Both the position numbers and the translations under genes were made by a program. Positions 9,594 through 19,191 of a stretch of DNA of 64,000 nt are shown here, one piece after another. Source of the DNA: an uncultured delta proteobacterium (GTDB taxonomy: Bacteria; Desulfobacterota; Binatia; UBA9968); the NCBI GenBank assembly GCA_963760795.1, contig CAVXEP010000012.1:224001-288000 (forward strand), given 5' to 3'. The notes beneath the pieces were generated by a model, which saw only the letters and a list, made by a program, of their open reading frames with translations, did no database searches and was not told the DNA's origin. Positions within the stretch are counted from its first letter, which is position 1. Each line of letters opens with the position of its first letter.

Positions 9594-9986
9594 CTAGGAA
9601 GAACAGCTCTTGCAGATACCGTAGAAGGCCGAGTGGTGCGATGTCACGGTGAAGCCCCCTTCGCGAAGCATTGCCGGCAGGATCTCCCATTGGCTTTCGA
9701 CCAGGACGTCGAAGATCCGATCGCAAACTTCGCAGATAAAATGCTGATGACGCGTGACCAGCGGATCGAAATGTTGCGCCCGCCCGAGCAGCAAAACTTG
9801 CAGCTTTTATAGCGTCACCAGCTTCTGCAAGTTGCGATACACGGTACCGAGACTGATATTCGGCAGTTTGTGCCGTACCCGGTCATAGACCTGTTCGGCA
9901 GCGGGATGGGACTGATCATGCTCGATGGCCTGCCAGACCATCGCCAATTGCCTGGTATTCCGCGCCAGCTTCTCGATCGACACCAT
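9594..9986 (-). pseudogene. Fur/PerR-family transcriptional repressor with one in-frame TAA at 9807-9809
   Basis: Read from ATG 9986: HPAAEQVY...ISLGTVYRNLQKL-stop-...HQHFICEVC...CKSC, all in one frame (130 codons). Confidence 0.85.
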
Positions 9987-9988
9987 AG

Positions 9989-10564
9989 CTATTCTGCCAA
10001 ATCCTGGGATAACGACCGCTGCACCGCGGCGCTAAGAACTTTACTAACGCGGTCGTTGGCATGCTCAACGGCAATTTCCACTGGCGCACCGGCGAGAAAA
10101 GCTTGGCGCGCCGTCGCATCGAAGGGAAATCGCACATACTGGACGGCGCTAATCTTGTCCTCTTTGGCGCGGCCTTCTTCGAACCGCCCGGGAACTCTCT
10201 GATCGCCGACCTTGAATAGGAGCGCTTCGTCGATGCCGAGGAATTTTAACAGGTCGTCGCGTAGGTGAGTCTGGTCCTCGATCTCGATAAACAGCGTGGC
10301 GCTGAGTTCGCCGGCGTTGGGAATCAGTTCATTGTAGACGGCGATCTCCTCGCGAATCTTGTCGAGGTCGGTAACCCGTTCGGCGCGCAACATTTCTTGA
10401 ATCTGAAAGATCACCGTGTCGCGGTTTTCAAAGACCAGCGAAATATTCTCGCCCACCGAAACCCGGCGGAGTTTTTTCTGCTCGATAATTTCGCGGCGGA
10501 ACTCTTCGCGCACCTTTTCGTAGGCGATAAAACCCAAGATATCGTCGAGAACAATTTTTTTCAT
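9989..10564 (-). CDS. DUF3501 family protein
   Basis: LVFENRDTVIFQIQEMLRAER, YNELIP, SAVQYVRF; known partner of short rubrerythrins. Confidence 0.85.
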   Translation of the reverse strand: MKKIVLDDILGFIAYEKVREEFRREIIEQKKLRRVSVGENISLVFENRDTVIFQIQEMLRAERVTDLDKIREEIAVYNELIPNAGELSATLFIEIEDQTHLRDDLLKFLGIDEALLFKVGDQRVPGRFEEGRAKEDKISAVQYVRFPFDATARQAFLAGAPVEIAVEHANDRVSKVLSAAVQRSLSQDLAE

Positions 10565-10643
10565 GATCAGCACAAAGAGCGGCAGCGACTGGCGTAAAAA
10601 ATTCCGCGCCAGCCGCCGCCCTGATAGTTAGGTTAGCGAATCA

Positions 10644-11069
10644 TCAGCTACCGAGAGTGTCGAGCCCCTTGGCGAAGCGGCCGGCGTGGGACTTTGCTGC
10701 CTTGGCCAGGGTCTCAAACCATTCGGCCAGTTCGGGCAGACCTTCGTCGCGCGCCGTCTTGGCAAACCCTGGATACATTTCGGTGTATTCGTAGGTCTCG
10801 CATTCCACCGCCGACTTTAAATTCTTCGACGTGGTGCCGATGGCCACGCCGGTGCAGGGATCGCCGACTTCCTTGAGAAAGTCGAGGTGCCCGAAGGCGT
10901 GACCGGTTTCGGCTTCCGACGTGTCGCGGAACAAACCGCTGACGTCCGGATAACCCTCGATATCCGCCACCCGTGCAAAATACAGGTAGCGCCGATTGGC
11001 CTGCGACTCGCCCGCGAAGGCGGCCTTTAGATTTTGATGAGACTTTGTGCCGGCTAATGCTTTTGCCAT
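10644..11069 (-). CDS. rbr: Rubrerythrin, short form without rubredoxin domain
   Basis: [32 protein letters not shown]; second ExxH reads AKSH. Confidence 0.9.
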   Translation of the reverse strand: MAKALAGTKSHQNLKAAFAGESQANRRYLYFARVADIEGYPDVSGLFRDTSEAETGHAFGHLDFLKEVGDPCTGVAIGTTSKNLKSAVECETYEYTEMYPGFAKTARDEGLPELAEWFETLAKAAKSHAGRFAKGLDTLGS

Positions 11070-11085
11070 GATGCTTCCGCCTCCA

Positions 11086-11127
11086 AATAATAATCGTTAC
11101 TAATATGAAACAGCGCGATTTGAGTCA
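11086..11127 (-). promoter_or_regulatory. Promoter with overlapping Fur/PerR-like box upstream of rbr
   Basis: Minus strand TTGACT-N17-TATTAG, followed by AT-rich quasi-palindrome TTAGTAACGATTATTA just before the GGAGG RBS. Confidence 0.55.
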
Positions 11128-11392
11128 AGAAACCGCAGACAATTATCTATCGGCCAGCGATAAGCAAGGGCCATTCAGCGAAGCGGGATAACCACCAAGG
11201 ACTTGCGCCAGCGGCCCCGTCGGTATCCATGGATAGTCAGTCGGTTGTATTATCGTGTAGTAGAAGCCGGGCCATCGGGGTAAGCAAATGGCGCAGCAGC
11301 GATCTTGCCAATCGGTGAAATAATCGATACTCAGGCGTGACCGTTGCCGCGAGTGCGGTTGCCCTCTTGTCCTATCCGTCTTGACGAAAGCG

Positions 11393-12628
11393 ATGCCAAT
11401 TTCACTTTCCCGCGCCGGTACCGAGCCCGTCGACAGCCCAAGGCCGACCATCCACTGGACTGAAGCGGGTAAAAGTTGTGCGGCGCTCTGGCGCTCAGAG
11501 CGTGGCGCGCCACCACCCAAGCGGGTCATTGTGGTTGACGACACCACCACCGCTGATGCTGCCTATCGCCTGGCCTGTGAAGGCACGGCTTTGCTCTGGC
11601 GTGGAGATTTTCACAACGCCACACAGTTGCTCCAGGCGCTGGTGCGGCGCATCGACACCCCCCCTGCCCGCAAGCAAAGAAGCCGAAAAAGGGAATCGAC
11701 TCAGACCATATCCCCTGCCGACGCCTTTCACCGCCATCGTCTGGCCCAGTCGCAGAGAGCGCGCCTGTTGGGCTTGCTGCTGCTGCCTTTTAACGCCGAT
11801 TATAGTATTGCGCTGCGCCGCGCCCCCGATGCCCGACAAGCCTGCGCGGAGGCGTGGGAACTGGATCCAGCGGGTGCGGCTGCTGGCGCCTCAGTGGCGT
11901 CTTTGCGCGACCTACTGGGTATGATTAGCGCCCATGAGTGGCGCAAAAAAGGCGTGGAGATTCCCGAGCTCGGCGACGCGCCGAACAACCGCATCCATCC
12001 GCATTACGGCGTCTTCTCTCCTCTACGGGGAGAATACGTGAGCCTCGTCGCCACAGCGCCCTTGCCTGCGACCGGGCAGGCCAGGTTTGTCGCCTTTGAC
12101 ATCGGCACGGGTTCCGGTGTGCTTGCCGCGGTGCTAGCACGTCGCCACATCGAGCAGGTGGTGGCGACCGATCAGGACCCGCGCGCACTCGCCTGCGCGC
12201 GTGACAACCTCGCACGGCTGGGCGTGACGCGGCAAGTGCAGATAGTGCGGGCGGATCTTTTCCCCGAGGGCCGGGCGTCGTTGGTGGTGTGCAACCCGCC
12301 CTGGCTACCCGCGCGACCCGGCGCTCCCCTTGAGTCTGCGGTTTACGACGAGGACAGCCGCATGCTGCTTGGGTTCCTGAACGGCGTGGCGGCTCACCTC
12401 GTGCCGAGCGGTGAGGCCTGGCTCATCTTGTCTGACTTTGCCGAGCACTTGGGCTTACGCTCACGCGTCGATCTATTGGCTGCGTTCGCGACTGCCGGCT
12501 TGAAGGTCGTGGGCCGAATCGATGCCAAGCCACGCCATCCCAAGGCGTCCGATACCGGCGATCCGCTGCACTTCGCCCGGGCGGCAGAAGTGACCTCGCT
12601 CTGGCGTCTAGCCGCTAATCAACCGTGA
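11393..12628 (+). CDS. Class I SAM-dependent methyltransferase (MTS/HemK-like, NPPW motif)
   Basis: Motif I FDIGTGSG, motif IV VCNPPW, HPHYGVFSP; start may be 11381. Confidence 0.8.
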   Translation: MPISLSRAGTEPVDSPRPTIHWTEAGKSCAALWRSERGAPPPKRVIVVDDTTTADAAYRLACEGTALLWRGDFHNATQLLQALVRRIDTPPARKQRSRKRESTQTISPADAFHRHRLAQSQRARLLGLLLLPFNADYSIALRRAPDARQACAEAWELDPAGAAAGASVASLRDLLGMISAHEWRKKGVEIPELGDAPNNRIHPHYGVFSPLRGEYVSLVATAPLPATGQARFVAFDIGTGSGVLAAVLARRHIEQVVATDQDPRALACARDNLARLGVTRQVQIVRADLFPEGRASLVVCNPPWLPARPGAPLESAVYDEDSRMLLGFLNGVAAHLVPSGEAWLILSDFAEHLGLRSRVDLLAAFATAGLKVVGRIDAKPRHPKASDTGDPLHFARAAEVTSLWRLAANQP

Positions 12629-12778
12629 TACAATCCTAGTGCCCGTTTGTTCGCCAACTGAGAAACCAGCGTCAAACTCTCTGGTTCAACCGCCTCCACC
12701 CGTTACGGACGAGGGAGAATATCGCCCGTGCAAGGAAGGTCGCTTTTTTTGCCGCGCCACTTCTGCTACTTTTGTCCG

Positions 12779-13123
12779 ATGGAAACTTCGGAAGCCAGCG
12801 CCACTATATCCATCGACGATTTTAGAAAGATCGAGCTCAAGGTCGCGACGATTACCGCCGCCGAGCCCCATCCCAATGCCGATAAATTGCTAGTGCTGCA
12901 GGTCGATCTCGGCACCGAACAGCGGCAAATCTGCGCCGGTATCAGAAACCACTATACGCCGGAACAACTGGTCGGCAGGCAAATCGTCGTCGTCGCCAAC
13001 CTGGCCACCGCCAAACTGCGCGGCTTGGAAAGTCAGGGCATGCTGCTCGCCGCCTCCAGCGGCGACCAAGTGATCTTCATGACCCCGGAAAAACCGGCCC
13101 TCGCCGGTTCCACCGTCAAGTAA
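12779..13123 (+). CDS. Stand-alone tRNA-binding OB-fold protein (MetG C-terminal/Trbp111/CsaA family)
   Basis: IDDFRKIELKVA, HPNADKLL, RQICAGI, VVANL, ESQGMLLAA. Confidence 0.85.
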   Translation: METSEASATISIDDFRKIELKVATITAAEPHPNADKLLVLQVDLGTEQRQICAGIRNHYTPEQLVGRQIVVVANLATAKLRGLESQGMLLAASSGDQVIFMTPEKPALAGSTVK

Positions 13124-13151
13124 TAAGTTCGCCCAGACAATCTTTGCATTA

Positions 13152-14285
13152 ATGATCATAACCCTGCCAGGGCGGCCTACCCTCTGCGTCATCGACCATC
13201 GAGCCTTGCGTTGGAACTTCAAACAGATCCGCGCACGGGTCGGCGCACGGGTCAAAATCCTGTCCATGGTCAAAGCCAACGGATACGGCCATGGCGCGGT
13301 TGCTGTGGCAAAGACGTTGGCCGGCGCCGGCAGCGACGCCTTCGGCGTCGCCACGGTGGAAGAAGGCATCGAGCTCAGACGCGCGCGCATCAAGCAGCCG
13401 ATCCTGGTGCTCGCTGGTGTTTATCTCGAACAGTTGGAGCAGTTTTTGAAAAACCGGCTAACCCCGGTCATCCATGAAGTCGCGACGTTGAAGACGTTGG
13501 ACAAACGGCTGCAACGACTCAAGGCAACGCTGCCAGTGGAAATCGAAGTCGACACCGGCATGGGCCGCATCGGTTTCCCGACCGATGCAACCGACACTTG
13601 GCTGCCAGTGCTCGCCAAACTCGAAGCGGTTAAACTGCAAGGGGTATTCTCCCATTTCTCCGATGCCGAGAGCGCCAACCAACGATACACTCAGAAACAG
13701 CTCAAGAATTTCCGCCAAGTATTAGACCGATTGGCAGCTGCAAAGATCACGCATCGAACCAGCCACCTGGCCAAGAGTGCCGCTATAATCACCGAAGCCA
13801 CATCGCACTTTTCCATGGTTCGCCCAGGTCTGATTCTCTACGGCATGTATCCGGCGGCCGCGCTAAAAAAGCAGATCGATCTCAAGCCGGTGCTGAGTTG
13901 GCAAACGCGCATCATTCAGTTGAAGCGCGTCCCGGCCGGCACCAGCGTCGGCTACGGCCGAACTTTTGTGACGCAGCGAAACAGCCTCATCGCCACGTTG
14001 CCGGTGGGCTACGCCGATGGTTATCGACGGCTTTTTTCCAACCGCGCGCAAGTGTTAGTGCGCGGCAAACGCGCGCCAGTGGTGGGCAGAGTGAGCATGG
14101 ATTTGACTACCGTTGATGTTACCGATATTAGAAATGTCCAGCAGGGAGACGAGGTTGTTCTCCTCGGCGGTCAAGGCGGCGCGGAAATCGGCGCCGATGA
14201 GATCGCCGGTTGGGCCAACACGATCTCATACGAGATTTTCACTTCCATCGGCGCTCGCGTTCCGCGCATTCACAAAAACGTTTAG
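13152..14285 (+). CDS. alr: Alanine racemase
   Basis: PLP-lysine motif MVKANGYGHG, DTGMGRIG, GYADGY, GRVSMD. Confidence 0.95.
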   Translation: MIITLPGRPTLCVIDHRALRWNFKQIRARVGARVKILSMVKANGYGHGAVAVAKTLAGAGSDAFGVATVEEGIELRRARIKQPILVLAGVYLEQLEQFLKNRLTPVIHEVATLKTLDKRLQRLKATLPVEIEVDTGMGRIGFPTDATDTWLPVLAKLEAVKLQGVFSHFSDAESANQRYTQKQLKNFRQVLDRLAAAKITHRTSHLAKSAAIITEATSHFSMVRPGLILYGMYPAAALKKQIDLKPVLSWQTRIIQLKRVPAGTSVGYGRTFVTQRNSLIATLPVGYADGYRRLFSNRAQVLVRGKRAPVVGRVSMDLTTVDVTDIRNVQQGDEVVLLGGQGGAEIGADEIAGWANTISYEIFTSIGARVPRIHKNV

Positions 14286-14299
14286 GAGGATCACCGGCA

Positions 14300-15874
14300 G
14301 TGGGCAAGATTGAAAGAGCCCTCATCAGCGTTTCCGACAAGCAAGGGATTGTCGAATTTTCCCGCGCCCTTGCAGCCATGGGCGTCGAACTGGTTTCCAC
14401 CGGCGGCACCGCTGCGCTGCTGCGCGACAGCAATATTCCGGTTAAAGACGTCGCCGAGCTCACCGGCTTTCCGGAAATGATGGATGGCCGGGTCAAGACT
14501 CTCCATCCGAAAATTCACGGCGGCATCCTGGCGCTGCGCGACAACCCCGAACATGTCGCCAAGATGAAAGAACATGGCATCAAGCCCATCGATTTAGTGG
14601 TCGTGAATCTGTATCCCTTCGAAGCGACGGTTGCCCGCGGCGCCGGATTCGAAGAAGTGGTCGAGAACATCGACATCGGCGGGCCGAGCATGGTGCGCGC
14701 CGCGGCGAAAAATCATCAGCATGTCGGCGTGGTCGTCGATCCGGCGGATTACGATTCGATTCTCAGCGAAATGCGGGCCAATAACGGCGCGCTCGTGCCC
14801 GCGACGCATTTCCAGCTTTTCTGTAAGGCGTTCCAGCACACCGCGCACTACGATGGCGCGATCTCCAATTACTTTTCTTCCCTGGACCAAGAGATGAAGC
14901 CACAACGCTGGGGCCAGACGGTCAATATCCAAGTCAGCAAACTTCAGGACATGCGCTACGGCGAGAATCCTCATCAGAGCGCGGCATTCTACGGCACCAA
15001 GGGCGACGGCGGCCCGTCGATCTCGCGGGCCAAGCAGTTTCAAGGCAAAGAGTTGTCGTTCAACAACATCCTCGACGCCGACGCGGCCTTGAGCACGGTG
15101 TTGGAATTCTCCGATATCGCCACCGTCGCCATCAAGCACAACAATCCTTGCGGCGTCGCCCTGTCGAGTAAATCCCTCGCCGACTCCTTCCGCAAAGCCA
15201 AGGCGTGCGATCCGGTTTCGATCTTCGGCGGGGTCCTGGCGTTCAATCGCCCGGTGGACGAGGAAACCGCGCTGGAACTCAAGGATATTTTTCTCGAGAT
15301 CGTCATCGCGCCGAGCTTCACGCCGGAAGCTAAAGCGGTGTTGTCGTCGCAAAAGCGGCTGCTCAATATCCGCTTGCTCGAACTCGACATGAGCCAGCCG
15401 CAGACCGGCGGCTACGATCTCCGGCGCGTGCGCGGCGGCATGCTGATCCAAGATTGGGATACCGGCAAGATCGACGTGCGCGCCTGTAAAGTCGTCACCG
15501 AACGCAAACCCACGGACGACGAATATCGCGCTCTCGATTTCGCCTGGCGGGTTTGCCGCCATGTAAAATCCAACACCATCGTGTTCGCGTCGCCCGACCA
15601 AGTGCTCGGCGTCGGCGCCGGCCAGATGAGCCGCATCGACTCGACCAAAATCGCCGTGCTGCGGGCGGCGACTCACGGTCTCGACCTGAAAGGCTCCGCG
15701 GTCGCTTCCGACGCTTTTTATCCGTTCCGCGACGGCCTCGATGCAGCCGCCAATGGCGGCGCCAAGTCGATCATCCAACCCGGCGGCTCGATCAAAGACG
15801 AAGAAGTCATCGCCGCCGCCAATGAACATGGCATCGCCATGATCTTCACGGGCATGAGGCATTTTAGACATTAG
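14300..15874 (+). CDS. purH: Bifunctional AICAR transformylase/IMP cyclohydrolase
   Basis: [31 protein letters not shown], ends MRHFRH; AGGAGG RBS before GTG 14300. Confidence 0.97.
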   Translation: MGKIERALISVSDKQGIVEFSRALAAMGVELVSTGGTAALLRDSNIPVKDVAELTGFPEMMDGRVKTLHPKIHGGILALRDNPEHVAKMKEHGIKPIDLVVVNLYPFEATVARGAGFEEVVENIDIGGPSMVRAAAKNHQHVGVVVDPADYDSILSEMRANNGALVPATHFQLFCKAFQHTAHYDGAISNYFSSLDQEMKPQRWGQTVNIQVSKLQDMRYGENPHQSAAFYGTKGDGGPSISRAKQFQGKELSFNNILDADAALSTVLEFSDIATVAIKHNNPCGVALSSKSLADSFRKAKACDPVSIFGGVLAFNRPVDEETALELKDIFLEIVIAPSFTPEAKAVLSSQKRLLNIRLLELDMSQPQTGGYDLRRVRGGMLIQDWDTGKIDVRACKVVTERKPTDDEYRALDFAWRVCRHVKSNTIVFASPDQVLGVGAGQMSRIDSTKIAVLRAATHGLDLKGSAVASDAFYPFRDGLDAAANGGAKSIIQPGGSIKDEEVIAAANEHGIAMIFTGMRHFRH

Positions 15875-15875
15875 A

Positions 15876-15932
15876 GAATCGAGGATGGAGAATTGAGAAT
15901 TGCGATCCTCTATCTTCGATTCTCCATCCTCA
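15876..15932. repeat. REP-like intergenic palindrome
   Basis: GAGGATGGAGAAT...ATTCTCCATCCTC inverted repeat between purH and purD. Confidence 0.55.
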
Positions 15933-15939
15933 ACGAATT

Positions 15940-17214
15940 ATGAAAATCCTCGTCATCGGCAGCGGCGGCCGCGAGCACGCGCTGGTCTGGAAGATTCATC
16001 AAAGTCCGCGCGTGGACAAAATCTTCTGCGCGCCGGGCAGCGCGGCCATCGGCGAGTTAGCCGAATGCGTGGCGATCAACCCCGAGCAACTCGATCGTCT
16101 CGCCGACTTCGCCGAAAAAGAACATATCGATCTCACCGTCGTCGGCCCGGAGTTGCCGCTAACTCTCGGCATCGCCGATTTATTCGAATCCCGTCATCTG
16201 AGAATTTTCGGACCTAACCAAGCCGCCGCCCAACTCGAAGGCAGCAAAGCCTTCACCAAGGAAATGCTCCGCGCCAACGGAATTCCCACCGCAGCATTCG
16301 CCACTTGCACCGACGCCGCTGCAGCTAAGCAATATTTGGCGCGGCAACAATCACCGTATGTGATCAAAGCCGACGGTCTCGCCGCCGGCAAAGGCGTGCT
16401 GATCTGCGCGACCTTGGCGGAAGCCGAAGCCGCCATCGAGGAAATCCTCGTGCAAAGGGCGTTCGGCGCCGCCGGCGACAAAGTCGTCATCGAAGAGTAT
16501 CTCGACGGTGAAGAAGCTTCGTTCATGGTCTTGACCGACGGCGAACATGTGCTGCCGCTGGCTTCGTCCCAGGACCATAAACGCGTCTTCGATAACGACC
16601 AGGGCCCCAACACCGGCGGTATGGGCGCCTACTCGCCCGCGCCGGTGGTGACGCCCGAGGTCCATGAGCGAGTGCTGCGCGAAATATTGACGCCGCTGCT
16701 TCAGGGGCTGCGGCAGAAAAACATCCGCTACCGCGGTCTGCTCTACGTCGGCTTGATGATTACCGAGGCCGGGCCGAAGGTTATAGAATTCAATGCCCGC
16801 TTCGGCGATCCCGAGTGCCAGCCGATCATGATGCGGCTCAAGAGCGACTTACTGCCGCTGCTCGAAGCCACCATCGACGGCAAACTCGATCGAGTCGAAG
16901 CTGAATGGTACGACGACCCCGCCATCTGCGTCGTCCTCACCGCCAACGGCTATCCCGGCGCCTATGACAAGGGCAAAGAAATTTCCGGCCTGGACAAACT
17001 AGCCAACTGGCGACAAGGCTTCGTCTTCCACGCCGGCACCGCCAAAGAAAACAACCGCTGGCTCACCACCGGCGGCCGGGTCCTGGGCGTCACCGCCCGC
17101 GGTAAATCGGTGGCCGAAGCGGTAAAAGAAGTCTATCGCGCGGTCGGCGAAATCTCTTGGGCCGGTATGCACTATCGCAAAGACATCGCCCGCCGGGCGT
17201 TGCCGAATAGCTAA
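15940..17214 (+). CDS. purD: Phosphoribosylamine--glycine ligase
   Basis: GSGGREHAL, KADGLAAGKGV, GPNTGGMGAY, EFNARFGDPE. Confidence 0.97.
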   Translation: MKILVIGSGGREHALVWKIHQSPRVDKIFCAPGSAAIGELAECVAINPEQLDRLADFAEKEHIDLTVVGPELPLTLGIADLFESRHLRIFGPNQAAAQLEGSKAFTKEMLRANGIPTAAFATCTDAAAAKQYLARQQSPYVIKADGLAAGKGVLICATLAEAEAAIEEILVQRAFGAAGDKVVIEEYLDGEEASFMVLTDGEHVLPLASSQDHKRVFDNDQGPNTGGMGAYSPAPVVTPEVHERVLREILTPLLQGLRQKNIRYRGLLYVGLMITEAGPKVIEFNARFGDPECQPIMMRLKSDLLPLLEATIDGKLDRVEAEWYDDPAICVVLTANGYPGAYDKGKEISGLDKLANWRQGFVFHAGTAKENNRWLTTGGRVLGVTARGKSVAEAVKEVYRAVGEISWAGMHYRKDIARRALPNS

Positions 17215-17229
17215 ACTTTATCTTTTCAA

Positions 17230-17856
17230 TTGAACTCGCACCATCGCCATGACTTGACCAATGCGCTGGCCGCGCTCAAACGCGGCGAGGTAATTGTCTT
17301 TCCCACCGAGACGCTCTACGGTCTCGGCGCCGACGCACTGAATTTTTCCGCCGTCGAAAACATCTTTCAACTCAAGGGGCGCGATCCCGACAATCCATTT
17401 CCCGTGCTGGTCGCGGACCGGGTCATGCTCGATATCCTGGTCGCCGAAATAACTCCGCTGGCGGAAAAGTTAATGGCGCACTTCTGGCCGGGCCCGCTGA
17501 CGCTGGTACTGCCTGCGCGCGACGATATGCCGCGCCCGCTGGTCAACCGCCAGGGCGGCATCGGCGTGCGCCTGTCGAGCCAGCCCATCGCCACGGAACT
17601 GGTGCGCTTACTCGGCCATCCGCTGACCGCCACCAGCGCCAATCCTTCCGGGCAACCAGGCGCGCACACCGTCCTGCAAGCCAAAAACTATTTCTCCGCT
17701 AAGATCACCATCTACGTTGACGGCGGCGAATTGACTTCGCCAACCGGCTCCACCGTCGCGGCGGTTGAAAAAAATAAGCTGAGGATCATTCGCGCCGGCG
17801 AGATCAGCCGGGCAGCTCTCGAAGTTGTCGTGGGCAAAGGAGTCATTGAAGCATGA
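17230..17856 (+). CDS. tsaC: Threonylcarbamoyl-AMP synthase (YrdC/Sua5 family)
   Basis: PTETLYGLG, KGR, FWPGPLT, TSANPSG. Confidence 0.9.
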   Translation: MNSHHRHDLTNALAALKRGEVIVFPTETLYGLGADALNFSAVENIFQLKGRDPDNPFPVLVADRVMLDILVAEITPLAEKLMAHFWPGPLTLVLPARDDMPRPLVNRQGGIGVRLSSQPIATELVRLLGHPLTATSANPSGQPGAHTVLQAKNYFSAKITIYVDGGELTSPTGSTVAAVEKNKLRIIRAGEISRAALEVVVGKGVIEA

Positions 17857-18071
17857 AACTAGAAATTCGCAGAATGGCACCGCTAGCGATTGTCATCTGC
17901 CTGCTTGGCGGCTGCGACGCAAAGAAAGCTCCCGTCGAAACGGGCCGCGCAGCGGTGAAGGAAGTGGTCACCCAACCGTTCAACGCTTTGGACAGTGCCA
18001 AGGAGTCGCTCAAGCAGAGCGAGGACAAACAAAAGGCCGCCCTCGAAGAAGCCGACAAGGAAATCAAGTAG
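17853..18071 (+). CDS. Small lipoprotein
   Basis: Signal peptide with LGGC lipobox; ATGA overlap with the tsaC stop. Confidence 0.65.
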   Translation: MKLEIRRMAPLAIVICLLGGCDAKKAPVETGRAAVKEVVTQPFNALDSAKESLKQSEDKQKAALEEADKEIK

Positions 18072-18154
18072 CAGGCGCCGATTTTTCAGCGCGCCAACAA
18101 ATCAATCGCTGCTTCGTTATATTCAGCACGCGCTTTATGCTATCAAAATGAATC

Positions 18155-19132
18155 ATGTTGGTTTTGTCCGAAAAACAAGTTCAGAGTTTGATCGACATCG
18201 ACGAACTGATCGCTGCACTGGAACAAGCGCATATCCAATATTCCACCGGCAAGGCGGTCATGCCGGTGCGCTTGGTCGTGCCGCTGCCGCAGATCCAAGG
18301 ACGGATCACCAGCATGCCGGGCTATCTGAACGAGGATAAAGCCCTCGGCATGAAAGTCGTGACCTACTTTCAAGACAATCCCAAGCAAGATCTGCCGGCG
18401 ATCCTCGCCACCATCATGTTGTTCAGCAGCGACACCGGCAAAATGATCGCCGCCATGGATGGCGGCTACATCACTGCGATCAGAACCGCCTGCGCCTCGG
18501 CGCTGGCGACGCGAACATTAGCCAATCCCAGCACGCCGGTGCTGGGAATCCTAGGCGCCGGCGTGCAGGCGCGCGCCCATATTCAAGCCCTGACCCGGGT
18601 GCGGCAGTTGAGCCGTATCAAGCTCTACAGTCCGTCGGGAAAGAGCGCGCGCAGTATTAAACAAGACTTGGAAAAGTCCTGCGCCATCTCGATCGAGGTC
18701 GTCGATTCGGCGCAAGCCGCGGTACGCGACAGCGATCTCCTGGTGACGGTAACCACCGCCAAAGAGCCAATCGTCCAGGCCGAATGGCTCAAGCCTGGCG
18801 TCCACATCAACGCCGTCGGCTCGCACCGTCCCGATCAGCGCGAAATCGACGGCGCGACATTGAAACGCGCCAAGGTCGTGGTCGACTCCCACGACGCGGT
18901 CATGGCCGAGTGTGGCGATATCTTGCTCGCGCTCAAAGAACAGTCCATCGGCGCAGCCGATATCCATGGCGAGATCGGCGAAGTCCTCGCCGGCACCAAG
19001 GCGGGACGAAGCAGCCCGAGTGAAATCACACTCTACAAATCCGTCGGCATCGCCATTCAAGATGTCGCCACCGCGCAGATGGTTTATCATAAGGCGTTGG
19101 CACAAAACGTCGGCACAAATGTGGAAATTTAA
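18155..19132 (+). CDS. Ornithine cyclodeaminase/mu-crystallin family protein
   Basis: TAIRTACAS, ILGAGVQA, HINAVGS, YKSVGIAIQD. Confidence 0.9.
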   Translation: MLVLSEKQVQSLIDIDELIAALEQAHIQYSTGKAVMPVRLVVPLPQIQGRITSMPGYLNEDKALGMKVVTYFQDNPKQDLPAILATIMLFSSDTGKMIAAMDGGYITAIRTACASALATRTLANPSTPVLGILGAGVQARAHIQALTRVRQLSRIKLYSPSGKSARSIKQDLEKSCAISIEVVDSAQAAVRDSDLLVTVTTAKEPIVQAEWLKPGVHINAVGSHRPDQREIDGATLKRAKVVVDSHDAVMAECGDILLALKEQSIGAADIHGEIGEVLAGTKAGRSSPSEITLYKSVGIAIQDVATAQMVYHKALAQNVGTNVEI

Positions 19133-19191
19133 TTTGCGGCTGCACACAACGGACCGGCGGGTTTAACACCGGCCCCGACAGCGGAACTATT

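Noticed and set aside
9807-9809. Stop-codon recoding in the Fur/PerR gene
   Set aside because: TAA is not a Sec or Pyl codon and serves as a normal stop in other genes here.
12630-12730. Possible attC-like site after the methyltransferase
   Set aside because: No convincing RYYYAAC/GTTRRRY box pair and no integron integrase.
14594-15871. 425-aa ORF antisense to purH, and similar long shadow ORFs opposite other genes
   Set aside because: Expected by-product of GC-rich codon bias opposite well-supported genes.
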